Of a DNA stretch of 64,000 nt, positions 53,880-63,818 are shown piece after piece. This DNA is from Dehalococcoidia bacterium. Lineage in GTDB: Bacteria > Chloroflexota > Dehalococcoidia > Lucifugimonadales > UBA3495. The notes under the pieces were generated by a model. It ran no database searches. It saw only the letters and a list, made by a program, of their open reading frames with translations, and was not told the DNA's origin. The DNA lies in the NCBI GenBank assembly GCA_965215675.1, contig OZ244112.1:2994352-3058351 (forward strand). Direction: 5' to 3'. How positions within the stretch are numbered: position 1 is the stretch's first letter; every line of letters begins with the position of its first letter. The position numbers were made by a program, and so were the translations under genes.

Positions 53880-55493
53880 ATGCGAATATTCGCAGCGTTT
53901 CTCGTGGCGATGTGTGTGGTGTCAGGCATCGCATGCGAAGGCTTCGAGGCTATGCCAACCAGGGACCTTGAAGCCAGGGTTGCAGCGGGGGTCCAAGCCA
54001 CGTTGGAGGCAAACGCCGCACTGGACGCCACCGTGGAGGCGCGAGTCGCTGCGACGCTGGCGGCACATCCTCCCTTGCCAACACCGGAGCCGACTGCGAT
54101 GCCACGAACAATCGCGACGCAACCTCCTACGGCCACACCCCTGCCAGCGACGGTACCCACACCAACTCCTCTGCCTATCTCGACTCAGCGCCTGTACCCA
54201 ACCGCAACGCCGTATCCAATTGCGATTCCGTTGCCGACAAGGACGCCAACCCCCGAAGTGCCTCCAGGACATTTGGAATCCGTTCAGGAATATGCGGCGC
54301 GAATGGCAGGCGGTCCAGGAGCGATCTACGTTGGCGACCTGAACCAACTGGCCGGTCCCGCCGTTGACCATGGGATGGGTGATTCCCAAGGTATGGTGCC
54401 GTTGGAATCGCTGGAGGGCCACCTATTTGTCTACGAGTCCCAGTACTACAAGAATCTGCTTGTCCGGGCAAGGCTAGACAATCCCACAGCAATGACCACC
54501 CGATTGAATGACCCCGTTCATATCAGTTACGCCTGCGTTAACCGCGCGTTGCTATGGTGCGATCTCGCGAAAAAATATCTTGCTCCCAACCTGTCGCGAC
54601 GCACCAGAGGGCAGATCGTCATCGAATTTGCGTCATACCGGGAACTGGCCATTGCGGGTTCCGACACGCTCGAGTTGTTGAGGGCCGGCCTACTTCCAAT
54701 GGCGGAAGTCTTCCCTGTTTTTGTATCAGGGGAGCTGCCCCAGATGGATATTCTCGGTCTTTACGGCCTATACACCGACCGGGCTCATTCATACGAAGCT
54801 GTAGTCGATGTAATGCCTGATCTTCAAGAACTCATTGTCCGAGAGACCGGTGGTTATCCAATCGGCGTGAACTGGCAAAACGGGGGCGACCTTTACTTGT
54901 TCAGCGAGAGGCCTGTGGAACAGCTGGCAGACTTCCAGGGTCTGAAAACGCGAAGCTTCAACGCGCCACTCTCCGACTGGATTGAGGGAATGGGTGGAAC
55001 CCCCCAATTCGTGGCAGTTTCGGAAGTATATACCGCTTTGGCTAGAGGCATCACCGACGCCTCTATTTCCACCGCGGAAACGGGCTACGGCCAGCAATGG
55101 TATGAGGTCTCGAGCTACTTCGGTGGCCCCATTGTCTCCTGGCCTGTGAGCTTCAATGTGATCAACGCGGAGGTATGGGACAGCATCCCCATAGACCTCC
55201 AGGAGATTATGAAAGAAGAGGTGGCGAAGCTCGAACTGGAAGCACTGCGACTGGCCGCCGTCCAGAATGACTACGGCCCTCAAAAACACTATGCCGTGGG
55301 TTTGGAGCACATCGAGTTCGGTCCGGAATTGAAAGCCCAGAGCGAACAGGCGGCGCTCGAATCCGTGATTCCCGGCTGGGTTAAGCGGCTGGGCGGTCCT
55401 TCGGCGCCTTTCGTTGACGTCTTCAACCGAATTCACGAGTCGCTGCTGGGTGTGCGTATCGAGGAGGACGGGACTGCGGTCAAAACCCGATAG
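53880..55493 (+). CDS. TRAP-type transporter solute-binding lipoprotein (DctP family), paralog 3
   Basis: Lipobox SGIAC and a long A/P/T tether. Core LKTRSF..VSEVYTALARGITDASIS..QWYEV..WDSIPIDLQEIMKEE is collinear with paralogs 1 and 2. Confidence 0.75.
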   Translation: MRIFAAFLVAMCVVSGIACEGFEAMPTRDLEARVAAGVQATLEANAALDATVEARVAATLAAHPPLPTPEPTAMPRTIATQPPTATPLPATVPTPTPLPISTQRLYPTATPYPIAIPLPTRTPTPEVPPGHLESVQEYAARMAGGPGAIYVGDLNQLAGPAVDHGMGDSQGMVPLESLEGHLFVYESQYYKNLLVRARLDNPTAMTTRLNDPVHISYACVNRALLWCDLAKKYLAPNLSRRTRGQIVIEFASYRELAIAGSDTLELLRAGLLPMAEVFPVFVSGELPQMDILGLYGLYTDRAHSYEAVVDVMPDLQELIVRETGGYPIGVNWQNGGDLYLFSERPVEQLADFQGLKTRSFNAPLSDWIEGMGGTPQFVAVSEVYTALARGITDASISTAETGYGQQWYEVSSYFGGPIVSWPVSFNVINAEVWDSIPIDLQEIMKEEVAKLELEALRLAAVQNDYGPQKHYAVGLEHIEFGPELKAQSEQAALESVIPGWVKRLGGPSAPFVDVFNRIHESLLGVRIEEDGTAVKTR

Positions 55494-55547
55494 AGGTTGT
55501 TTATGCCCTCAAGAGCCGGCAGAGCACCGCTACAAGACCAATTTAAG

Positions 55548-55583
55548 AAGGCCCGCCCCGAATAACCAGGGCGGGCCTTTTTT
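55548..55583. terminator. rho-independent terminator between convergent genes
   Basis: AAGGCCCGCCC-cgaataacca-GGGCGGGCCTT followed by TTTTGCC. Confidence 0.8.
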
Positions 55584-55615
55584 GCCAGTGCTACTGACGT
55601 CTTACCGGAGGTGCG

Positions 55616-58600
55616 CTACCGCCGGACGAACCTGCGGGCGGTGAGCTCGCGGTAGAGCATGGGCAGGCGCTCGGGGAGGGCCCAGATATCGCCCAGAACC
55701 TCGTAGCCCATGTCGCCGCACATGCTCTTCAGGTAGTCGTGCCCCGCCTTGTCCACCGTGAGGCAGAAGGGCGTGATGCCCAGGTTGCGGGCCTCCACCA
55801 GCGCCATGTGGGTGTCGTGGACGGCGTATTCCTTCTCCACGCCCTCGCGGCTGTAACCCCGGTCCTGGGGCCGCCCGTCGCTGACCAGGAACATGATCTT
55901 GGTGTGCGCGTCCTGGTTCTCCAGCTTGGTGATGGCGTGGCGGATGGCCGCCCCCATCCGGGTGGCGTGCAACGGCGTGATCTTGTCGATGCGCCGCTTG
56001 ACCTTGTCGTTGAAGTTTTCGGTAATGTCCTTGATCACGTAGAACTCGACGTTCTCACGGCCATAGCCGGAGAAGCCGTAGATGCCGTAGGTGTCCCCGA
56101 TTGACTCCAAGGCATTCACCAGCAGCGCCGTGCTCTCTTTTTCAAGGTCGATGATGCGCTTGTAGTTGCGGCGCACCAAGCCCTCGCGGCGACGGCGCAG
56201 CCAGACCATGTACTCGACGGGATCATCGGGCGCGTCGCGGTCGTCCACCATCTGGCGGCCTTCGTCGATGGCTTCGGCGGTGGATGCGCTCATGTCCAGC
56301 AGGAACACCACGGCCACGTCGCGGCGGTTGCGGTTGCGATGCCAGTAGATCTTGTCGTCCGGCGGGATGTTCATCTTGAGGTCGACCCATGCCTCAAGCG
56401 TCGCGTTGAGGTCCAGGTCTTCGCCGTCGATGAGCCGGTAGGTCTTGCGCATGCTCTCCGGCATGATCAGCTCGAACTGCCGCCGGATGTGGGCCGAGAG
56501 TGACGCGTAGTTCTTGAGAGAGTCCTGGTAGAAGTTTATGTCGCCCTCTTCTACCGTCTTTTCCTTGACGATGCACCAGCGAGGCTTGTAGTCGTTGGCG
56601 CGGAAGTCCCATTCGTCGTACAGGTAGGTTTGGGGCTCGCGCGTCTCCAGCTCGCCGCCCTGATCGTCGTCGTGCATGAGCGGGCCGTAGCCCTGACCGG
56701 GCTGGGAGTTGGGCGGCGGGGCGCCTGCCTCCTTCATGATGTTCTGGGCGAAGGTAGTCATGGCGTCAGTGATGTCGCCTTCCTCGGCATCCATCTCCAG
56801 CTCGTCGCTGTCCTGCAGGAGCTGTTCCAGCATTTCCTGGGTCATCGGCTGGGCCTCGCCCTCCTGATCGCCGCTGTCGGCCTGCAGGCGAGTGAGCAGC
56901 TGTACCATTTCGGGTTTGAAGTCGCCGCGGTAGTCAACGGGTTCGGGCGACTCGTAGGACTCATCGCCCTCCTGGTTCTCGGCGCGCTGGTCCATGTCGG
57001 CCTGCAACCGGTCGACCAGGTCCTGGTACTCCTCTTCGTTGAAGTCCCCGGGTTCCTCCAGGTCCTGCTCCTCCCAATCTTCCTCATCCTCGGTCTGGTT
57101 GGGCAGGCGGGTAATGATCTCGTAGGCACGCAGCGTGGCCTCGGCAGTGTCCTCCACGTTGGCCTCGGCAGTGCGAAGCTGGTGGAGGATGCGCGACAGC
57201 ATCTCGGCAACCTCTTCGTACTCCTCGGGAACGGGCAGGCCGGTGAATTTTTCAAGGCTCATGTGAATAAGCAACTCGACCATGGCTTGCTGCAGGGGCA
57301 TCTGCTGCAGGTCCGGTCGTCTGTCCAGCGTTTCGGTCTGCACCCGTGAGGAGGCACGGCTGATGCCGGGGTATTCCACCTTGATGCGGTAGTCGAGACG
57401 GCAGTCTTCCAGCACCGTGAACAGGTCGAAGGCAAGCTTGCCGTTCTCGAACAGGGACAGGAACCGCCCAATGTCGGTGTAGGCCCGCATGGACCCTGGG
57501 CTTTCCGGCACCGGGCTTTCCATGGCAGTCTGGGAACCGTCAGGCCCCACCTCCATGAAAGTGACTTCGACCTCAGCCTCGCCGCCGGCCATCTCGCGGG
57601 CCAGTTCGATCATCGCCTGGCGGGCCGCCAATTCCTCGGCGCGCTTGGCGTTGATCTCATCCTCCAGGGCATGGCGGCGGTCTTCGAACTGGGTCGCGGG
57701 AATTTCGAAATTGAACTCGAAGCTGCCGAATTCCAAGTGGCTGACCTGATGGGTGGAGACAACTTTGAACCAGGAGAAGTTGTCCTGCTTGTTCGAGTAA
57801 TGGTCAACGACGGGCGGCAGGAACACCCTGGACCCATCGGTGGAGGCGGTGTCCTCGTCCACCCAGCCGATGTTTCGGCGAACGAGTTCCTGGGTGTTCA
57901 TAATTTCGACGCCGGCGCCTGACAGGGCGCGGCAGTAGAGCCGCAGGATGCCCTTGACGCGGTCCAGTTCGAGGCTGGAGGAAAGGGTCTCGAGCATCTG
58001 CTCCGAGGTATTGGACTCGATCTTGAAGAATGCGATTCCGCTCTCAGGATTCTCCTGAAGCAACCGCATTCCGTGCTGGTACCAGGTGTCCAGTTGGCTT
58101 ACGGTGATGCGGGTGAGCACACTGTCAAGGCTGCGCAGGAAGGGCGGCACAGCCTCGGGTGCCACCGCGACCAGCTGGTCGCAGAGGTCGAGAATGTAGC
58201 CCTGGTTGCCCTGCGGTACGCGCCCCAAGGCTTGGGTTCCGTCGGCGAGGAACCGCGACGTGTCGCGCAGACCGACTTTGGCCAGACGTTCGCCCAGCTT
58301 GAGGAAGCGACCGGTCTGGGCCTCGTCCACGTGCTGCAGCGCCCGCGGCACCAGCTCAAGGCAGGTCTTCACCTCGCGCCAGCTCGTGTCGATCAGGGCG
58401 CGCGTCATCGCCAGGAAGGGCTCGCGTTCACGCCCCATTCCCGGGAGAACATCCTTACCCAGCGTCAGGCACTCGCTGGCCACATCGTAGGACTTGTATG
58501 ACAGCGCCTCTATGAGGGAGGCAAAGACTTCAACGTCCCAGAATGGCAGGCTGCGCACCAACTCAGGGGAGACCTCGAAAAACTTGGCAGCCAGGGTACT

Positions 58601-59005
58601 GGACTTCCAGGTGCCCTTGTACAGGCTGCGGCCCAGGCCCGCCCAGCGCGGAATGTACTGGGGCCGCAGGTTGGGCACGATGGCCACGCTGGACTTGAAG
58701 AAAGCCACCGCCAGCGTGGGCGAGTCCTGCGCCAGGTAGGTGCCGCAACGGGCCCACTGCATGTATGACGGGAACGACAGGAAACGACATATCTCGGGGC
58801 TGACCTTGTAATACTCAATTGCCGCCTCCCAGGACCGGATGGTCTGGGAGCCGATGGAGACCCCTTCCTTGGCCCAGAGACCAACTTCGTCGGGGCCGAA
58901 GGCCTGTTTCACAGCAGTTACGGATCCCTGATAGGCCTCGAGTACGGCCGGAGGCAGTTTGCCTAGTTCCTGTTCGATATCGGGTGTTGGAGCGCTGCTT
59001 GTCAA
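55616..59005 (-). CDS. giant vWA-domain protein, CbbO/NorD-like partner of the CbbQ/NorQ AAA+ ATPase
   Basis: 1129 aa. The C-terminal vWA has a MIDAS motif VVFLLDMSAST (D-x-S-x-S). The central region has a highly acidic stretch (..EDEEDWEEQDLEEPGDFNEEEYQD..) and CbbO/NorD-like helical repeats (..VVSTHQVSHLEFGSFEF..). Confidence 0.75.
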   Translation of the reverse strand: MTSSAPTPDIEQELGKLPPAVLEAYQGSVTAVKQAFGPDEVGLWAKEGVSIGSQTIRSWEAAIEYYKVSPEICRFLSFPSYMQWARCGTYLAQDSPTLAVAFFKSSVAIVPNLRPQYIPRWAGLGRSLYKGTWKSSTLAAKFFEVSPELVRSLPFWDVEVFASLIEALSYKSYDVASECLTLGKDVLPGMGREREPFLAMTRALIDTSWREVKTCLELVPRALQHVDEAQTGRFLKLGERLAKVGLRDTSRFLADGTQALGRVPQGNQGYILDLCDQLVAVAPEAVPPFLRSLDSVLTRITVSQLDTWYQHGMRLLQENPESGIAFFKIESNTSEQMLETLSSSLELDRVKGILRLYCRALSGAGVEIMNTQELVRRNIGWVDEDTASTDGSRVFLPPVVDHYSNKQDNFSWFKVVSTHQVSHLEFGSFEFNFEIPATQFEDRRHALEDEINAKRAEELAARQAMIELAREMAGGEAEVEVTFMEVGPDGSQTAMESPVPESPGSMRAYTDIGRFLSLFENGKLAFDLFTVLEDCRLDYRIKVEYPGISRASSRVQTETLDRRPDLQQMPLQQAMVELLIHMSLEKFTGLPVPEEYEEVAEMLSRILHQLRTAEANVEDTAEATLRAYEIITRLPNQTEDEEDWEEQDLEEPGDFNEEEYQDLVDRLQADMDQRAENQEGDESYESPEPVDYRGDFKPEMVQLLTRLQADSGDQEGEAQPMTQEMLEQLLQDSDELEMDAEEGDITDAMTTFAQNIMKEAGAPPPNSQPGQGYGPLMHDDDQGGELETREPQTYLYDEWDFRANDYKPRWCIVKEKTVEEGDINFYQDSLKNYASLSAHIRRQFELIMPESMRKTYRLIDGEDLDLNATLEAWVDLKMNIPPDDKIYWHRNRNRRDVAVVFLLDMSASTAEAIDEGRQMVDDRDAPDDPVEYMVWLRRRREGLVRRNYKRIIDLEKESTALLVNALESIGDTYGIYGFSGYGRENVEFYVIKDITENFNDKVKRRIDKITPLHATRMGAAIRHAITKLENQDAHTKIMFLVSDGRPQDRGYSREGVEKEYAVHDTHMALVEARNLGITPFCLTVDKAGHDYLKSMCGDMGYEVLGDIWALPERLPMLYRELTARRFVRR

Positions 59006-59532
59006 TTCAGACCCTCGCTTTCCAGCCCGTCCTCCAAAAGTTGCAGGAATTGCTGGAGGATTCTTGCGGTTGCGCCGAAGACCAGGTGCCTTCCGTAGGC
59101 ATATGAGTACACCGTGCTGGGACCATCGGCCTGCCAGTGAGTATCGACGCGAACGCTGGCAGGATCCCGCAGTGCGCTTACAGGGAACTCCACGATTTCC
59201 GCGATTTCGTCGGCGCTGGGCCGGAAGTCGTATGGGTGCCCTATGGTTCCAGTGAACACGCTGACGCGGAACTGGGAGCGGGTGGCAACCTCGTCCATCT
59301 CGCCGAGGACGATTATGTCCTCCCGGCGGATCCCCATTTCTTCCTCGGTTTCCCTGAGTGCCGTGTCCAAGGAATCACGGTCCTCAGGGTCGGTGGAGCC
59401 GCCTGGGAATGAGATCTCCCCCTTGTGGTGTTCAACTTCCTGGGACCGCTTGTTGAGCAGTACCCAGTGGTCACCATCCTTTGGGTACAGCAGGACCATA
59501 ACGGCAGCGGGCGTTAGACCATTCCCGGCCAC
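59002..59532 (-). CDS. Nudix hydrolase, CoA pyrophosphatase (NudL-like)
   Basis: VLLNKRSQEVEHHKGEISFPGGSTDPEDRDSLDTALRETEEEMGI is a Nudix box preceded by the L-L-x-x-R-S..H.G..SFPGG CoA-pyrophosphatase signature. The stop overlaps the vWA gene start by 4 nt. Confidence 0.8.
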   Translation of the reverse strand: MAGNGLTPAAVMVLLYPKDGDHWVLLNKRSQEVEHHKGEISFPGGSTDPEDRDSLDTALRETEEEMGIRREDIIVLGEMDEVATRSQFRVSVFTGTIGHPYDFRPSADEIAEIVEFPVSALRDPASVRVDTHWQADGPSTVYSYAYGRHLVFGATARILQQFLQLLEDGLESEGLN

Positions 59533-59640
59533 CCTGCTGGTGGAACGGTTGGCGAGCGCCCGCTTGACGAGTTCCGGAGGCGTCAGGACTGCCTACTCTC
59601 CCACTCCAGAATACTGCTCCTCTGAGAATAGCTCGAGTGG

Positions 59641-60567
59641 TTACTCGAATATGGAAGAGGTGACTTCCTCAAGACTGCGCTGCAACTCGGGGTCGTCGGT
59701 AAGCGTCCAGACGATGGCGACCTGGCATGCACGGCGGGCGGAAATGCCCTCGCACATCAGACGCCCAGCGTAGATCAGCAGCCGGGTGCTGGCGCCTTCC
59801 TGCAGGCCGTGGTCTTCCAGGTTGCGGATCTTCTCGCCCAGCTTGGCCAGCGAGTCGGCCTGCTCTTCGGTGCAGCCGGCCTCCGACTGAATGATCTCCC
59901 GCTCTATTTCCCGGGGCGGGTAATAGAATTCGATGGAGATGAAGCGCTGCCTCGTGCTGTGCTTTAGGTCCTTCAGGGCACTCTGGTAACCAGGGTTGTA
60001 GGAAATGCAGAGCAGGAACCGATCATCGGCCTCGATGATGGTGCCGGTCTTCTCCACCGGAAGAATCCGACGGTGGTCGGTCAGAGGGTGGATCAACACC
60101 GTGGTGTCCTTGCGGGCCTCAACAACCTCGTCGAGGTAAAGGATCGCCCCGGCCTTGACGGCGCGCGTCATCGGGCCGTCGATCCAGCGGGTCCCATTGG
60201 CGTCGAGGAGGTAGCGGCCTACCAGGTCGCTGGCCGTCAGGTCCTCGTGGCAGGCGATGGTGACCAGCGGCACGCGAACTTCGCCTTCGTGGATTTCCTG
60301 CACATCCTGGGGTGCACCGCCGCCCTTCTCCTCATCTCGAATTACGGTCAGGGGGCGCCCCAGCTTCCACGCCATGTATTCCACGAATCGGGTCTTTCCA
60401 CAGCCGGTCGGGCCCTTGAGCAGCACGGGGATGTGCTGCTGGTAAGCCGCGGCAAACAGTTCCATTTCGTCGCCCACGGCCCGGTAGTACGGCTCGGCCC
60501 GAACCAGGAACTCCTCGATTGCGTACTCACTGTAGTGTATTTGTTCTTGCTCTGCGGCTTCTACCAT
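59641..60567 (-). CDS. CbbQ/NirQ/NorQ/GpvN family AAA+ ATPase (MoxR class)
   Basis: VLLKGPTGCGKTRFVEYMA Walker A, ILYLDEV Walker B, 308 aa. The ATG overlaps the coaE stop (TAATG). Confidence 0.9.
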   Translation of the reverse strand: MVEAAEQEQIHYSEYAIEEFLVRAEPYYRAVGDEMELFAAAYQQHIPVLLKGPTGCGKTRFVEYMAWKLGRPLTVIRDEEKGGGAPQDVQEIHEGEVRVPLVTIACHEDLTASDLVGRYLLDANGTRWIDGPMTRAVKAGAILYLDEVVEARKDTTVLIHPLTDHRRILPVEKTGTIIEADDRFLLCISYNPGYQSALKDLKHSTRQRFISIEFYYPPREIEREIIQSEAGCTEEQADSLAKLGEKIRNLEDHGLQEGASTRLLIYAGRLMCEGISARRACQVAIVWTLTDDPELQRSLEEVTSSIFE

Positions 60568-61178
60568 TATGTCTGCTCTATCCTTTCTTTAACTCGGGTC
60601 GCCCACAACTCGTCAATCGCCCTGCACATCGCCTCGACATCGGCTGAGTTGTCAATCACGAAGTCCGCCCGCTCCAACCTTTCCTCTCGGCTCATCTGGG
60701 AGGATACTCGCCTGCGGGCTTCCTCTTCGTTCATCCCATTCCGGAGGGCCAACCGCTCCACTACCACGTCAACCGGCGAATCGGTGACCCAAACTTCCTG
60801 GACCAGCGAATTCCAACCCGCCTCGAAAAGAAGCGCCGCCTCCACCACCACTACTCCCGTTCCCCCATCGCGGTGAGTGTCAATCCTGTCCTGGACCATC
60901 CCCGCCATCAGCGGGTGCATAATGACGTTCAGGCGGGCAAGCTGTTCGGGATCTGAAAAAACGATGGCTCCAAGGCTGCGGCGGTCGATTTCGTTGTCGG
61001 GTCCAAGGATTCCCTCGCCGAACGCCTCGACGACTCTCGTCCACGCCTCGGCTTGAGGCCGGTAGGCTTCGTGGCCGACCACATCGGCGTCGATGAGCTT
61101 CGCGCCCAGGGCCACCATATGTCTGGCGGCCTCGCTCTTGCCTGTCCCGATGCCTCCGGTAAGGCCGATGACCAACAT
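60567..61178 (-). CDS. coaE: dephospho-CoA kinase
   Basis: MLVIGLTGGIGTGKSEAA..GAKLIDADVVGHE is the classic CoaE N-terminus. 203 aa. Confidence 0.9.
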   Translation of the reverse strand: MLVIGLTGGIGTGKSEAARHMVALGAKLIDADVVGHEAYRPQAEAWTRVVEAFGEGILGPDNEIDRRSLGAIVFSDPEQLARLNVIMHPLMAGMVQDRIDTHRDGGTGVVVVEAALLFEAGWNSLVQEVWVTDSPVDVVVERLALRNGMNEEEARRRVSSQMSREERLERADFVIDNSADVEAMCRAIDELWATRVKERIEQT

Positions 61179-61381
61179 AAGCCCCCAGTTACGTCACCTG
61201 GCAGCTGGTGCCAGTCATCGCGGCGCAGGCACACGTGCCTTCCGGACCCCACTTTTGCGATGCCAAGAAGGAATGCCGGAGATTACCGCACAGAGCGTAA
61301 TTCTAAAACCAGTTTCCGATATGGTCAACTTGAAGGAGGAGTGCTCCCGCGCGCTGGCAACCTGCACTCATTGGCCCGCTG

Positions 61382-62182
61382 TCAGTTCTCGATGATCATG
61401 GGGCCCCAGCGGGATTCCCAGGTCTCCTGCAGCCCTTGAAACATGCGACCGTACTCCTCCGAGTCGATGGGAGTGGTGGTCATTATCACCGCGTCCTCCC
61501 GGTTGTCGGCGTAGTAGGCCTTTCGGATGCCAACCGATTTGAAGCTGTATTTTTCGTACAGCCGCTGCGCGATGAAGTTGGACACTCGCGCCTCAAGCGT
61601 CATTACATGGGACCCATATTCGCGGGCAGCAATCAGGGAGCCGATCAACAGGAGTTCGCCGATGCCATTGCCTCTGAGGGTCTCCCGAACGGCGATTTCG
61701 GTAATGTGGGCTTCGTCTCCCTGGTACCAGACGCTGACGTATCCAGCAATTGCGGGGTTGAACTCGGTGGCGGGCTCAAGTTCTGGGGGAGATCCTCCAA
61801 GTCCAAGGCGTCCGGCCAGTCGAGACAACCAGGATTGGGGTGCTTCAGCTCCGCCTGGAACTGCCGAAGAAGAATCCGCCTGATCCCCGTCCTGCTCGAG
61901 GCAGGCAACGAAGTAGCTGGCGCGCTGGTTGTTCAGGTCCCGTCGAAAAGGCGAAGTCACCCAAGTGGGAGAGAACGCCTCCCTCTCTATCTCAACAACC
62001 TCGGTGATGTCATCTTTCTGCAGACGACGCAGAAAAACGGAGACCGACTGCAACAATCCGCTACGTTCCCGTGTCCAGCAGAGCGGTACAAACGGCCCTG
62101 CAAAAGTTGCCGGGATTGTAGCATAAGGCAATCCGTCCAAGGGGCTGTAAATTGGAAACCTGGAGCGCTTTTTCTGGCGCAT
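61382..62182 (-). CDS. GNAT family N-acetyltransferase (RimI-like) with N-terminal extension and internal insert
   Basis: ..IEREAFSPTW.. and ..IAVRETLRGNGIGELLL...A...G...M.LEARVSN..A..LYEK.GF.. (acetyl-CoA Q/R-x-x-G-x-G/A motif). The start is uncertain. Confidence 0.7.
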   Translation of the reverse strand: MRQKKRSRFPIYSPLDGLPYATIPATFAGPFVPLCWTRERSGLLQSVSVFLRRLQKDDITEVVEIEREAFSPTWVTSPFRRDLNNQRASYFVACLEQDGDQADSSSAVPGGAEAPQSWLSRLAGRLGLGGSPPELEPATEFNPAIAGYVSVWYQGDEAHITEIAVRETLRGNGIGELLLIGSLIAAREYGSHVMTLEARVSNFIAQRLYEKYSFKSVGIRKAYYADNREDAVIMTTTPIDSEEYGRMFQGLQETWESRWGPMIIEN

Positions 62183-62239
62183 TCCTGGGGCAATCCAACG
62201 GAACCGCCGCGGCCCGTGGAATGTCCGGTTCTGGGAGCA

Positions 62240-63484
62240 CTACGGCTTCACCCGAACCGTCCCGTATTGGCCGTCAAAGCCGGGCTGGACCAGCACCTGC
62301 CCTCTGCGGGATTTCATGACCGCCGCCGCCACTGGTTCGCCCGCCACCCGGAGCAATTCGGATGCCTCTGCCTTGGCCAGCACCTCCAGCTCATTCCCGA
62401 ATTCGTCGCAGAGTTTCTGATAGACCTTGGCCACGCCCCTGGTGCGCCGTCCCATTCCCAGGGCCCCAGCCAGCAGTTCCTCCAGCGGGACCAGCCTCAT
62501 AAAGGGCGGACGCTGAACGGATGAGTGAATCAATCCATCCGCCGCCGCCATGTGCTCCTCATCGGACGCGGCAAGGTCATCGGAAGCGAGGGAGTTCACC
62601 TGGTGCAGCACCCCGAGGGTCAAGGGGCGGCCACACGCAGGGCAGGCCGTACTGCCTTGCTCGACCGTTTCCTCCGGGGCCATCCTCACGCCGCACTTGC
62701 GGTGGCCGTCGTGGTGGTATTTGCCCTCCTCGGGGTAGAACTCGACGGTGTGGGCGACGGCGTTGCTCTCCACCGCCTGCCTCAGTCCCGCATAGGTGGC
62801 TCGCCCCCTGAAGACGGTGGACTCGCGTCCCAGGTTGGGTAACGAGTGGGCGTCGGAGAATGAAACGATGCAACGGTCGGTGAGTTCCTCGACACCCCAG
62901 TTCATCGCCGGGTCGCTGGACAGGCCGGTCTCCACCGCCCGCACCAGGGGCGTCATCTCGCCAAAGCACTCCTCCAGCCCGTCAAACCCTGATACCGATC
63001 CCAGCATCCCGTACCAGGGGGTCCAGATATGGGCCGGAATGACCATCGCTTCCGGGTCGATGTCGAAGACCAGCGATGTCAGGTCTGATGCGGACATTCG
63101 AACGGAGGGCCTGCCGTCACCTTCCAGTTTGACTCCTCTGGCCGAAAGTTCGCCGTTGAAGCGGCTCACGGCCTGTAGCGACGACAGAAATAACAGCAGG
63201 TGAATCCGCCTGGAACGGCCTCCCTGCTTGAAAACGCAACTCACCTCTGTCCCCAGCACGAAGGTCACCCCGCCGTGCCGGAACGTACCCCCCTCCACCT
63301 CCGCAAGCCCGGCTTCGAGTTCGGCGAGCCACGCCGGATGGGTGAAATCTCCGGTGGCCAGCATCTCGATGCCCTTGGTTTTTGCGGATGCGGCGAGGTT
63401 GGACAGGGTGAGGTTTTTGCTGCAGGCGTAGGCGTAACGGGAGTGGATGTGGAGGTCGGCAACGAATTCCTGCGGGTCGGCCAT
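62240..63484 (-). CDS. endonuclease Q (EndoQ) family PHP-domain protein
   Basis: ADLHIHSRYAYACSK....A..KGIEMLATGDFTHPAWL, ..IPAHIWTPW.., ..FSDAHS.., the zinc-finger CPACGRPLTLGVLHQV and C-terminal ..GFDGQYG are collinear with Pyrococcus EndoQ (from memory). Confidence 0.8.
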   Translation of the reverse strand: MADPQEFVADLHIHSRYAYACSKNLTLSNLAASAKTKGIEMLATGDFTHPAWLAELEAGLAEVEGGTFRHGGVTFVLGTEVSCVFKQGGRSRRIHLLLFLSSLQAVSRFNGELSARGVKLEGDGRPSVRMSASDLTSLVFDIDPEAMVIPAHIWTPWYGMLGSVSGFDGLEECFGEMTPLVRAVETGLSSDPAMNWGVEELTDRCIVSFSDAHSLPNLGRESTVFRGRATYAGLRQAVESNAVAHTVEFYPEEGKYHHDGHRKCGVRMAPEETVEQGSTACPACGRPLTLGVLHQVNSLASDDLAASDEEHMAAADGLIHSSVQRPPFMRLVPLEELLAGALGMGRRTRGVAKVYQKLCDEFGNELEVLAKAEASELLRVAGEPVAAAVMKSRRGQVLVQPGFDGQYGTVRVKP

Positions 63485-63713
63485 GGGCCGAGTCTAGCAT
63501 AGTGCTCAATTTCGGTATTTGGGCCATGGTGCACTTCAGGTAGCGCCGTAACCCCGGGCAAAAATAAGAGGAGAGCCCTCGTTTGAGGACTCTCCTGGTT
63601 TCCCGATCTGTGGGGCTCCTGGCCTAGGCAGTGGCTTGTAATGAAATGCACGAGCGTCTATCTATCCGGCCGCGACAATTCAAAGCACCACTTGCCATAT
63701 GTCGAGGCCAAGG

Positions 63714-63818
63714 CTACCGGGCTTGCCTCCTGCGCTTCCAGTAGCGAAATCCCCCATAGGCCGCAAGGGCCAGAGCGGTCGTACCCAGGGCAATACCGAT
63801 CTTCGCTTTGGTAGTCAT
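63714..63818 (-). CDS. putative 34-aa single-TM peptide
   Basis: Not in the track (under 60 aa). GGAGGTGGGAATC-ATG, encoding MTTKAKIGIALGTTALALAAYGGFRYWKRRRQAR-stop: a hydrophobic helix with a basic tail. Confidence 0.35.
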   Translation of the reverse strand: MTTKAKIGIALGTTALALAAYGGFRYWKRRRQAR

